Assembly (NCBI GenBank): GCA_036149055.1
Contig: JAYZQJ010000104.1
Coordinates: 1-26,195 of the forward strand
Source: Myxococcota bacterium
Lineage (GTDB): Bacteria; Myxococcota_A; Polyangia; Polyangiales; Sandaracinaceae
Direction: 5' to 3'
DNA length: 26,195 bases
Shown: positions 8,286 through 18,417 of the stretch, piece after piece
Numbering within the stretch: position 1 is the first letter of the stretch
Layout of the letters: every line of letters begins with the position of its first letter
Notes under the pieces: generated by a model
Seen by the model: only the letters and a program-made list of their open reading frames with translations
What the model was told of the DNA's origin: nothing
Database searches by the model: none
Program-made: the position numbers and the translations under genes

Positions 8286-9373
8286 GCCGCGCGCTCCTCT
8301 GCCTGCTCCTGCTCGGCTGCGCTGGCGGCCCGACGGAGATCCTGGTCACCCTGGAGGCCGACGAGGCCGCCCTCGCGCGGATCGACGCCGCCTGGATCGA
8401 GATCGACGCGCGCGCCGCCGGCGGATCGGAGACCCGCGCCGACGTGGACCTCGGCGCCGCGGCCCCCTTCCCGGCGCCCCTGCTGCTCGTCTACCGCGAC
8501 CGCGGCGCGCTCGGACCGATCACGCTTCGCGGGGTGGGCGCCGAGGCCGGAGCCCGGCTCGTCGAGGTGACCGAGACCGTGTCGTACGTGCCGGGCGAGC
8601 GCGTCGCGGTCACCCTCCGGCTCGAGGGCGCGTGCCTCGGGGTCTCGTGCGGCGCCGACGAGCGCTGCGTGGACGGCCGCTGCGTCGCGCCCCTTCCCGG
8701 CGACGGCGGCCCCGGCGACGCGGGCCCCGGCGACGGCGGCCCGAGCCGCTGCGAGGACGGGTGGGCCGACTGTGACGGCCGCGCCGAGAACGGCTGCGAG
8801 GTCGAGCTCGCCACCGACGAGGCCCACTGCGGCGCCTGCGACGCCGCCTGCGCCCCCACGAACGCCATCGGCGAGTGCGTGGCCGGCGAGTGCACGATCG
8901 TCCGGTGCGAGAGCGACCTCTACACCGACTGCAACGGCCTCGTCGGCGACGGCTGCGAGGTCCAGCTCCAGACCGACACCGGCCACTGCGGCGCGTGCGG
9001 CAACAGGTGCAGCTTCCCGAGCGCGACCCCGGAGTGCGCTGGAGGGACCTGCGGCATCCGCCGTTGCAACGGCGAGGCCCGGCGGGACTGCAACGGGGAG
9101 CTCGACGACGGCTGCGAGGTCGACGTCCGGCGCGACGCGATGAACTGCGGCGGCTGCGGCGTCGTCTGCGCCGCCTCCGGCCCCCGGGTCGCGGGCGCGT
9201 TCTGCGACGACGAGGAGTGCGCCTTCACCTGCGAGCCGGGCTGGGACGACTGCGACGAGAGCCCCGGCAACGGGTGCGAGGTCCAGACCGCGACCGACCC
9301 CGTCAACTGCGGGAGCTGCGGCAGCGGGTGCTCCAGCGGCGAGCGCTGCGTGGACGGCCGCTGCGCTCCGTAG
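8282..9373 (+). CDS. Cys-rich lipoprotein (363 aa) with four DC..NGCE..D..(N/H)CG.C repeats
   Basis: The GTG overlaps the upstream stop (GTGA). Lipobox-like LLLG-C, an N-terminal beta-rich domain, a GDGGP linker and four Cys-rich repeats. Confidence 0.9.
   Translation: MSRALLCLLLLGCAGGPTEILVTLEADEAALARIDAAWIEIDARAAGGSETRADVDLGAAAPFPAPLLLVYRDRGALGPITLRGVGAEAGARLVEVTETVSYVPGERVAVTLRLEGACLGVSCGADERCVDGRCVAPLPGDGGPGDAGPGDGGPSRCEDGWADCDGRAENGCEVELATDEAHCGACDAACAPTNAIGECVAGECTIVRCESDLYTDCNGLVGDGCEVQLQTDTGHCGACGNRCSFPSATPECAGGTCGIRRCNGEARRDCNGELDDGCEVDVRRDAMNCGGCGVVCAASGPRVAGAFCDDEECAFTCEPGWDDCDESPGNGCEVQTATDPVNCGSCGSGCSSGERCVDGRCAP
8696..8740. repeat. 15-bp tandem repeat x3 encoding a PGD(G/A)G linker
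   Basis: cccggcgacggcggc, cccggcgacgcgggc, cccggcgacggcggc. Confidence 0.85.
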
Positions 9374-9401
9374 TCAGCGCCCCGTGATCAGCGGCCCGTG
9401 A

Positions 9402-9776
9402 TCAGCCCTTCGCGATCCGCTTGACCTCGTCGGCGAGCGTCATCGGATCGAAGGGCTTGGCGATGATGCCCGTGGCCCCGAGGTCCCGGTAGCGGTCGAC
9501 CTCGTGCTTCTGGATCTTCGCCGTCATGAAGATGACCGGCACGCTCTGGGTCTCCGGATCGCTCCGCAGGCGCTTGAACGTCGAGGGCCCGTCGAGCCCC
9601 GGCATCATCACGTCGAGCAGCACGACGTCCGGCTTCTTCTCCTTGGCGATCACGAGCCCCTTCTCGCCGGAGTCGGCGAGGAACACCTCGAGGCCGCCCA
9701 CCTCGGAGAGCGCGAGCTCCCCGATGGTGCGGATGTCCGCCTCGTCGTCGATCAGCAGCACGCTTCGAATGTCCAT
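9402..9776 (-). CDS. Single-domain response regulator (CheY-like receiver, 124 aa)
   Basis: LLIDDE acidic pocket, LLDVMMP phosphoacceptor Asp, FMTA and AKPF motifs. The start is placed at the ATG at 9776 from the domain boundary. Confidence 0.95.
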   Translation of the reverse strand: MDIRSVLLIDDEADIRTIGELALSEVGGLEVFLADSGEKGLVIAKEKKPDVVLLDVMMPGLDGPSTFKRLRSDPETQSVPVIFMTAKIQKHEVDRYRDLGATGIIAKPFDPMTLADEVKRIAKG

Positions 9777-9965
9777 GGCGATGTCGGGAGCGTACCCGAC
9801 GCTGGCGGTCCGCGTCATCGGTCCCTCCCTACGAGGCGTCGGCTCCCCCCCACGACCCGCGGCGCGCCGTCGACGGAACGCAGGCGCTCGAGGGCTGGCA
9901 CGCCAGGTGCTCATGGGGGGATCGAGGGGCGCGACCCATCGACGCCCGGAAAGGTGAAGAGAGAC

Positions 9966-10145
9966 ATGCAGGACACCATCAAGGAGCAGCTCCAGAAGCG
10001 CCTCGGCCTCAGCGAGGAGCAGGCCCTGAAGGCCTCCCAGATCGTCATGGAGATCGTCCAGGAGAAGGCGGGCGAGAAGCTCGGAGGCATCGCCGGAGCG
10101 GGCAAGGCGCTCGGCGGCCTCGGCGGCATGCTCGGCGGCAAGTGA
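9966..10145 (+). CDS. Small hypothetical protein (59 aa), helical with a Gly-rich tail
   Basis: MQDTIKEQLQKRLGLSEEQALKASQIVMEIVQEK...GGLGGMLGGK. Strong third-position G/C codon bias and a purine-rich leader (aaggtgaagagagac). Confidence 0.85.
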   Translation: MQDTIKEQLQKRLGLSEEQALKASQIVMEIVQEKAGEKLGGIAGAGKALGGLGGMLGGK

Positions 10146-10185
10146 GTCGCTCCTTCGGACCTGACTTGGAAAGGCGGATAGACGA

Positions 10186-11079
10186 ATGGATTCTCTGAAC
10201 CTCGGCTCTGGCACCATGGAGCTCATCACCACGTACGGCGTGCGCGTCGTGGGCGTCCTCGCGGCGCTCTTCGTCGCCTGGGTCGTCGCCGGCTGGGTGC
10301 GCCGCCTGATGATGCGCGGTTTCCAGAAGAGCAACTTCGACCCGACCTTGTCGAAGTTCTTCTCGAACATGGCGCGCTACGCGCTCCTGACCTTCGCGGT
10401 GCTCGGCTGCCTGGGCGTGTTCGGCATCGAGACCTCGAGCTTCGCCGCGGTGATCGCGGCCGCCGGCCTCGCCATCGGCCTGGCCTTCCAGGGCACGCTC
10501 AGCAACTTCTCCGCCGGCGTGATGCTCCTGATCTTCCGCCCCTTCAAGGTGGGCGAGGTGGTCAACGTCTCCGGCGTGACCGGCTCGGTCGAGGAGATCG
10601 ACCTCTTCACCACCGAGCTGAAGACGCCCGACGCCAAGCGCATCATCCTGCCGAACAGCAGCGTGTTCGGCGCGACGATCACGAACTTCACGCACCACGA
10701 GCACCGCCGCGTCGACGTCGCGGTGGGGACCGACTACGGCGCCGACATCGACGAAACCCGCAAGATCCTCGAGATGGCCGCGCGCAAGGTGCCGGGGACC
10801 ACGCCGGAGCTCGAGCCGCAGGTCTTCCTGTCCTCGCTCGGCGCGTCGTCGGTGGACTGGCAGCTCCGCGTGTGGTGCAAGCCGGAAGATTACTGGACCG
10901 TGTGGGAGGCCACCGTCCGCGAGGCCAAGATCGCGCTCGACGGCGCGTCCATCGGGATTCCGTTCCCGCAGATGGACCTGCACCTCGACAGCGCGGTGGT
11001 CGACGCCCTCGGCGCCCGGGCGACGAAGGGTCAGCTGCCGGCGCTCGGCGTGACCAGCTCGACCCCGGGCATCGCCTGA
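10186..11079 (+). CDS. mscS: Small-conductance mechanosensitive channel
   Basis: Three TM helices, AAGLAIGLAFQGTLSNFSAG pore motif, RPFKVGE, IILPNS and terminal GIPFPQ. Confidence 0.96.
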   Translation: MDSLNLGSGTMELITTYGVRVVGVLAALFVAWVVAGWVRRLMMRGFQKSNFDPTLSKFFSNMARYALLTFAVLGCLGVFGIETSSFAAVIAAAGLAIGLAFQGTLSNFSAGVMLLIFRPFKVGEVVNVSGVTGSVEEIDLFTTELKTPDAKRIILPNSSVFGATITNFTHHEHRRVDVAVGTDYGADIDETRKILEMAARKVPGTTPELEPQVFLSSLGASSVDWQLRVWCKPEDYWTVWEATVREAKIALDGASIGIPFPQMDLHLDSAVVDALGARATKGQLPALGVTSSTPGIA

Positions 11080-11109
11080 CCGCACGAACCGGGTGGGTGT
11101 GGGAACCCA

Positions 11110-11143
11110 GAGCGGCCGCCTCGAGGGATCGGGGCGGCCGCTC
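11110..11143. terminator. Strong hairpin between convergent genes (probable terminator)
   Basis: GAGCGGCCGCCTCGA-ggga-TCGGGGCGGCCGCTC, a 15-bp stem with one G-U pair, followed by gctttcc. Confidence 0.7.
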
Positions 11144-11151
11144 GCTTTCCG

Positions 11152-14100
11152 TCAGAAGGCGACCGGTCGCGGGTTGTTCTCGGTCCCGCTCGCCATCCCG
11201 TCGCCGATCTGCCCGTTGAAGTCGTCGCCCCAGCACCACGCGCGCCCGCCGGGGTCGACGGCGCACGTATGCTCCGCGGCCGCGCCGACCGAGAGCCGAG
11301 TCGCGGTCAGCGGCGGCTGCACCTGCACCGGCATGGCGCCCGGCGGCGACGTGGTGCCCTCCCCGAGCTGCCCGCGCGTGTTGTCGCCGAAGCACCAGAC
11401 GCGGCTGAGCGAGCCGAGATAGCAGGTGTGCACCCGGCCGGTGCCCACCGCGGTCACGTTGATCGCGCCGCTCACGATCGTGGGCGCGGTGATCGACGGG
11501 GGGCTGGTGCTGCCCGACGACTGCCCGGAGGTGTTGTGGCCCCAGCAGTAGAGTCGACGCGAGGCGGTCACCGCGCAGGTGTGTCGCTCGCCGGCGGCGA
11601 TCGCGGTCGGGCCCGGCACCGCCGCCGTGGTCTGCACCGGCACCAGGCTGTTGCTCGGCGCGCCGCTCGTGCCGAGCTGACCGTCGACGTCGTTGCCCCA
11701 GCACCAGATCGTGTCGTCGTCGAGGAGCGCGCAGGTGTGGAACTCGCCGGCGGCGATCCCCACCGCGGTGCGCATGGACGGCAGCGACGCCTGGACCGGA
11801 AGCGGGTTGTTCGTCGCGCTGGTCGAGTCCCCCATCTGGCCGACGTCGCCCCGACCCCAGCACCAGACCTCGCCCACCGTGTTGACGATGCAGGCGTGGT
11901 TGCCACCGGCCGCGAGCAGCACGGCCGGGTCCGGCGTGGCCAGCATCACGGGGTTGGGCATCGGGCGGGAGCCGGACACCGAGCCGTCGCCCATCTGCCC
12001 ATAGCTGTTGCCGCCCCAGCACCAGGGGGTGCCGAACTCGTCGAGCCCACACGCGAAGCTCTCTCCGGCCGCGACGTCGGTGAGCGGCGGCGCGGCGGTC
12101 GGGTTGGGCACCCCGTGGCTCATCGTGGTGCCGTCGCCGAGCTGCCCCGAGCCCCCGTCGCCCCAGCACGCGCTCCCACCGCTGGCCCGGCTCGCGCAGG
12201 TGAAGTCCGCGCCGGTGACGATGTCGGTCACGTCGTCGCACCGCCCGGCGATGCACGCGCCCGCCGCCCCGCACGAGACGCCGCAGCCGCCGCAGTTGGA
12301 CGGATCGGTGTCGAGGTCCGTCTCGCACCCCGGCATGCCGTCGCAGTCACCCGCCGAGCCGGTGCACATCGTGACGCACGCCCGATCGACGCAGGCGGCG
12401 CCCATCCCGCAGGCGAAGCCGCAGCCGCCGCAGTTCATCGGATCGGACCGGACGTTCACCTCGCAGCCGTTCCCCGGCGCCATGTCGCAATCCTCGAAGT
12501 CCAGGTCGCAGACGCAGCCGCCGAAGTCGCAGAAGGAGCTCGGCCCGCACGCGTTGCCGCAGGCGCCGCAGTTCGACGAGTCGGTGTCGGTGAACACCTC
12601 GCAGCCGTCCATCGGATCCATGTTGCAGTCGGCGTGGTCCGGCGGGCAGGTCCCGAGCACGCAGCTGCCCGCGGAGCAGAAGTTGTCGGGCGGGCAGACG
12701 TTGCCGCAGGCGCCGCAGTTCGACGGGTCGCTGGCGGTGAACACCTCGCAGCCGTCCGAGGGCGCCATGTTGCAGTCCGACGCGCCGGACACGCACGCGC
12801 ACGCCCCGGAGACGCAGTTGCTGCTCGGCCCGCAGAAGTTGCCGCAGGCGCCGCAGTTGCCGGGGTCGGTCGTCAGCTCCGTCTCGCAGCCGTCCCCGGC
12901 GAACGCGTTGCAGTCGTCGCGCCCCGGCGGGCAGGCGCCGAGCGCGCACACCCCGCCGCTGCAGACGTTGTCCGGGCCGCAGCCGAAGCCGCAGCCGCCG
13001 CAGTTGAAGGCGTCGCCGTCGGTGTCCACCTCGCACCCGTTGGTCGGGTCGCCGTCGCAGTCCTCGCGGCCGGCGACGCACGCGTCGACCTCGCAGCGGA
13101 AGCCGCCGAACGGGTCCGGGCCGCAGCGCGCGCTGGCCACCCCGGGCCCCGGCGTGCAGGACGCGCCGCACGCCCCGCACGCGCTCGTCGTGTCGAGGCG
13201 CGCCTCACAGCCGTTCGCGGCCACGCCGTCGCAGTCGCCGAACCCGGGGTCGCAGATCAGGCTGCACACGCCCGCGTTGCACTCGGCCCGGCCGCCCGGC
13301 CCGCCGCTGCACGAGACGCCGCAGCCGCCGCAGTTGCCCATGTCGAAGCGGGTGTCGACCTCGCAGCCGTCGCCGGCGAAGCCGTTGCAGTCCGCGTAGC
13401 CGGCGCGGCACGCGTCGATCCGGCACTCGAAGGAGGCGCCGGACATGGCGCAGCTCGCGCTGCTCACCTCGAAGAGGCGGCCGCAGTCGTTGCCGCAGCT
13501 CCCGCAGCTCGCGGGCTCGTCGATCCGGGTCTCGCACCCGTTGGTGTCCGTGCCGTCGCAGTCCTCGAAGCCCGGGAGGCACTCGTCGACGCGGCAGCGC
13601 CCGCCGAAGCACGCCGAGGTGGCGTTGGCGAGCGCGCAGGTGCTCTGGGCGGGGACCTCGTCGACGGCGGAGTCGCAGTCCTGGTCGCGCCCGTCACACA
13701 CCTCGCGCGCGGCCGGGGAGATCTCCGGGTCCCCGTCGTTGCAGTCCCCGCCGCGGGCCACGTAGCCCGCGATGGCCGCGCACGAGACCATCGCCCCGCT
13801 CGAGGGCGAGCCGTAGGAGTCCCCGTCGAGATCGCGGAACCAGACGGCGTCGGTGGCGCCCTCGTCGACGTTGCTGTCGCAGTCGTTGTCGCGCCCGTCG
13901 CAGATCTCGACGGCCCCGCCCCCGGTGGCCGGATCCGAGTCGTCGCAGTCCTCGCCGAAGGGGGCGCCGCAGGCGATGTCGACCACCCCGTCCTGATCGT
14001 CGTCCTCGAGGTCGTTCACGCCGAGCTCGAAGTCGGCGGCGCCGTTGCAGTCGTCGTCGAGGCCGTTGCACAGCTCGGTCGCCGCCGGGTTGATGCCCGC

Positions 14101-15051
14101 CTCGTCGTCGTCGCAGTCGGTGCCCAGGATGCTGAAGCCCGCCCCGAGGCGCATGCACGTGCGGGTGACGCCGCTGCCGCTCGAGCCGAAGCCGTCGCCG
14201 TCGCGGTCGCCGTACCAGTCGACCTCGGTCGGGCTCTCGTCGGTGACGCCGTCGCAGTCGTTGTCGTCGCCGTCGCAGAGCTCCGCCTGTCCGGGCCGGA
14301 CCGCGGGGTCGGCGTCGTCGCAGTCTCCGCCGATCGTCGCGAAGCCCGGCTCGTCGGCGCAGGCGGTCATCGGCATCGCGGAGTCGCCCGCCCCGTCGAA
14401 GTCGCCGTCCACGAAGCCGGCCAGCGCCACGCCCTCGTCCACGCTGCCGTCGCAGTCGTCGTCGAAGCCGTTGCAGACCTCGGGCACCGTCGGGTTGATG
14501 CCGGCGCGGGTGTCGTCGCAGTCGGTGCCGCAGACCAGGGTCCCGTCGTCCATCGCGTTGCAGCAGCGCGCGGCGAAGCGGCCGTCGCCGTCGCCGTCCA
14601 CCGCGCCGAACGTCGTCGGGTCGCAGTCCTCGTCGACGTTCATGGCGTCGCAGCGCTCGAAGTTGCCGGGGAAACGATCGGGGTTGGTGTCGTCGCAGTC
14701 GTTGCCGAGCGGGAAGCCCGCGCCGTCCACGCAGGCCGCGTCGGCGAAGCCGTCGTCGTCTTCGTCCGGCGCCTCGCTCTCGCACGCGTCGCGCGTCTCG
14801 TCACAGCGATCGACCGTGCACTCGATCTCGTCGTCGCAGTCCGGCGCGTCTCCGGGTACACATCGCCCCATGACGCACGCCTCGGCCCCGTTGCAGAAGA
14901 GCCCGTCGTCGCAGGCCGCGTCGTCGGCGCAGCTCGGCCCGGCGTCCACCTCGATCGCGCCCGCGTCGGAGCCCGCGTCCTCGGGCTCGGCGGGGCCCCC
15001 GCAAGCGGCCGAGAACACGATGAAAACGAATACCCTGAGACTCACGCGCAC
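11152..15051 (-). CDS. Large Cys/Asp-rich surface lipoprotein (1299 aa): six MopE-like putative metal-binding repeats, nine GCE/NCG.CG repeats and a C-terminal RCC1-like beta-propeller
   Basis: Signal peptide with lipobox-like FSAA-C; six DCDD..P...E.C.G.D.DCD-type motifs; nine DC..GCE..(N/S/A)CG.CG motifs; seven (H/F)(T/A)C..C(W/F)G....GQ blades. Confidence 0.93.
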   Translation of the reverse strand: MRVSLRVFVFIVFSAACGGPAEPEDAGSDAGAIEVDAGPSCADDAACDDGLFCNGAEACVMGRCVPGDAPDCDDEIECTVDRCDETRDACESEAPDEDDDGFADAACVDGAGFPLGNDCDDTNPDRFPGNFERCDAMNVDEDCDPTTFGAVDGDGDGRFAARCCNAMDDGTLVCGTDCDDTRAGINPTVPEVCNGFDDDCDGSVDEGVALAGFVDGDFDGAGDSAMPMTACADEPGFATIGGDCDDADPAVRPGQAELCDGDDNDCDGVTDESPTEVDWYGDRDGDGFGSSGSGVTRTCMRLGAGFSILGTDCDDDEAGINPAATELCNGLDDDCNGAADFELGVNDLEDDDQDGVVDIACGAPFGEDCDDSDPATGGGAVEICDGRDNDCDSNVDEGATDAVWFRDLDGDSYGSPSSGAMVSCAAIAGYVARGGDCNDGDPEISPAAREVCDGRDQDCDSAVDEVPAQSTCALANATSACFGGRCRVDECLPGFEDCDGTDTNGCETRIDEPASCGSCGNDCGRLFEVSSASCAMSGASFECRIDACRAGYADCNGFAGDGCEVDTRFDMGNCGGCGVSCSGGPGGRAECNAGVCSLICDPGFGDCDGVAANGCEARLDTTSACGACGASCTPGPGVASARCGPDPFGGFRCEVDACVAGREDCDGDPTNGCEVDTDGDAFNCGGCGFGCGPDNVCSGGVCALGACPPGRDDCNAFAGDGCETELTTDPGNCGACGNFCGPSSNCVSGACACVSGASDCNMAPSDGCEVFTASDPSNCGACGNVCPPDNFCSAGSCVLGTCPPDHADCNMDPMDGCEVFTDTDSSNCGACGNACGPSSFCDFGGCVCDLDFEDCDMAPGNGCEVNVRSDPMNCGGCGFACGMGAACVDRACVTMCTGSAGDCDGMPGCETDLDTDPSNCGGCGVSCGAAGACIAGRCDDVTDIVTGADFTCASRASGGSACWGDGGSGQLGDGTTMSHGVPNPTAAPPLTDVAAGESFACGLDEFGTPWCWGGNSYGQMGDGSVSGSRPMPNPVMLATPDPAVLLAAGGNHACIVNTVGEVWCWGRGDVGQMGDSTSATNNPLPVQASLPSMRTAVGIAAGEFHTCALLDDDTIWCWGNDVDGQLGTSGAPSNSLVPVQTTAAVPGPTAIAAGERHTCAVTASRRLYCWGHNTSGQSSGSTSPPSITAPTIVSGAINVTAVGTGRVHTCYLGSLSRVWCFGDNTRGQLGEGTTSPPGAMPVQVQPPLTATRLSVGAAAEHTCAVDPGGRAWCWGDDFNGQIGDGMASGTENNPRPVAF

Positions 15052-15111
15052 GCTGGATCCCTTCCCCCCGAACCCAAGAACGACCGTCCCCGGCCGTTCT
15101 GATGGTACCGT

Positions 15112-16857
<1,746 letters not shown>

Positions 16858-16874
16858 ATCCCCCCGCCTCGTCA

Positions 16875-16957
16875 GCCTCACGCGCCTCGCCCCGCCCACC
16901 GCGGCGGCGCAGGACGTCGAGCCCGAGGAGACCTGCGCCCGCGTGGAGGTCCAGTGA
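16875..16957 (+). pseudogene. Internally deleted relic of a copy of the TPR-PEGA gene at 18414-19385
   Basis: 16900-16921 is identical to 18491-18512 (22 bp); 16875-16883 = 18466-18474; 16923-16933 = 19321-19331; 16934-16942 = 19336-19344; 16941-16960 matches 19366-19385 at 18/20. All blocks are colinear. Confidence 0.85.
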
Positions 16958-18417
16958 TGAGCCGCGCTCTCTTCCTCGTCGCCCTGCTCGGCACCGGGTG
17001 CAGCGCCCTCGGGCTCACCGACGGCCTCGACCAGGAGGGCTGCACCTCCTGCGCCGACCTCAACGCCATCGATCCGCCGCCCGCCTGCATGAGCTGGCAG
17101 TGCATCGACGGCCTCTGCGCCCTCGACGTCGAGGACCTCGACGAGGACGGCGTCCCCTCCGCCATGTGCGTGCCCGAGGACGTGCCCAGCGACTGCGACG
17201 AGGCCGATCCGACCAACGGCGAGGGCTTCGAGGAGGCGTGTGACGGCCAGGACAACGACTGCGACGAGCGGGTCGACGAGGACGTGCTCGTCGCGGCGCG
17301 CCGGGCCGAGACCGAGCGGATCGAGGCCCTGAGCCACTGCGCGACCGACTCGGGCTTCTACACCGTGTTCCGGCAGGGCCCGGCGGGGAGCGGCCTCCGG
17401 CTCTCGCGGGGAGGCACCTCGGAGCCCACCGTGGTCGACCAGGACGCCGCCGCGGGCGCCAACCCGATCGAGACCGCGTGCAGCGGCAGCGGCGGCGGCA
17501 TCGAGGTCGACATCGCCTTCGTCCCGTCGGGCGGCTGCCCGCGCGTGGTGGCCGGCACGTGGCGGTTCGGCAGCCCGATGTCGCTGAGCGGCGACGCGAT
17601 GCGCGGCCTGCCCAAGCTCGGCGGGAGCTGCCCCGACGACACCTCGCCGGTCGGCTCGATCGCGATGGCCTCGACCGGCGGCCGGACGCTCGTCGTGTTC
17701 CGCGCCTCGGACGCCCCGCGCGACGCGTGCCCGGCCCCGGAGGCGTCGGTGGGCGCGACCTTCGGCTTCTCCCCCGCCGCCCTCGAGATCGGCCGGAGCG
17801 TCGGCGCGCCGGCGGCCGTCCGGCTGGGCGATCGCTACGTCGTCGCTTTCGCCGGGCGAGGCGGCGTCGAGCTGCACGAGGTGCTCGACACCGGCGGCGA
17901 GCTGACCGCGCGGCTGCTCTCCACCGAGCCCTGCGCCGGCGACGGCTGCCACAGCGTGGCCCTCGCTCGAAGCTCCGACCCGCTCCTCGGCGCCCATCGG
18001 CTGGGCCTCGCGTGGCGGGAGGGCGCCTGCGGCGACGGCGCGGTGCGGTTCCGGCGCTGGGACGCGACCGCGGAGGGCCTCACCCCCGTCGACGACGCCC
18101 CGATCGAGCTCGCCGCGAGCGGCGCGATCGGGCCGCTCGCGGTCGTCGCGCGCCGCGAGGATCTCTGGGGCGTGGCGTGGTCGACGAGCGACGACGTGCA
18201 CGTCCAGACGATCCGCGAGGACGGGCTCGGGGTCGGGCCGCTCACGGTGCCGACGAGCGCGCCGGTGACCGAGCCGATCGGGCTCTACTGGAGCCACGAC
18301 GATCCCCAGCTCGCGTTCCGGGATCCCGGCCCCGACACCGCGCTCGTGGGCGCGAGGGTGCGCCGCGGCGAGGACGACGAAGGCATCTGCGAGTGGTTCG
18401 GAGAAGGAGACCGATGA
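16957..18417 (+). CDS. Cys-rich lipoprotein, paralog A (486 aa), with one MopE-like metal-binding repeat and a beta-rich body
   Basis: Lipobox-like LGTG-C, DCDEADP...EACDGQDNDCDERVDE motif, GGAGG RBS upstream. The stop overlaps the next ATG. Confidence 0.9.
   Translation: MSRALFLVALLGTGCSALGLTDGLDQEGCTSCADLNAIDPPPACMSWQCIDGLCALDVEDLDEDGVPSAMCVPEDVPSDCDEADPTNGEGFEEACDGQDNDCDERVDEDVLVAARRAETERIEALSHCATDSGFYTVFRQGPAGSGLRLSRGGTSEPTVVDQDAAAGANPIETACSGSGGGIEVDIAFVPSGGCPRVVAGTWRFGSPMSLSGDAMRGLPKLGGSCPDDTSPVGSIAMASTGGRTLVVFRASDAPRDACPAPEASVGATFGFSPAALEIGRSVGAPAAVRLGDRYVVAFAGRGGVELHEVLDTGGELTARLLSTEPCAGDGCHSVALARSSDPLLGAHRLGLAWREGACGDGAVRFRRWDATAEGLTPVDDAPIELAASGAIGPLAVVARREDLWGVAWSTSDDVHVQTIREDGLGVGPLTVPTSAPVTEPIGLYWSHDDPQLAFRDPGPDTALVGARVRRGEDDEGICEWFGEGDR
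16999..17207 (+). repeat. 209-bp direct repeat, copy 1 (copy 2 at 19421-19629)
   Basis: Manual alignment gives 5 mismatches in 209 nt with no gaps. Confidence 0.95.

Noticed and set aside
11152..15051. CxxC motifs as heme-binding or ferredoxin sites
   Set aside because: No CxxCH motifs, and the protein is an exported lipoprotein with a regular repeat pattern more consistent with disulfides.
11269..15102. 1277-aa plus-strand ORF and similar long shadow ORFs (146-1780, 15136-18297, 20784-22547, 22858-25809, 22880-25459)
   Set aside because: These are antisense or frame-shifted shadows of clear genes. They are expected at this GC content, are Arg/Ala/Gly/Pro-rich or mirror-coded, and show no motifs.
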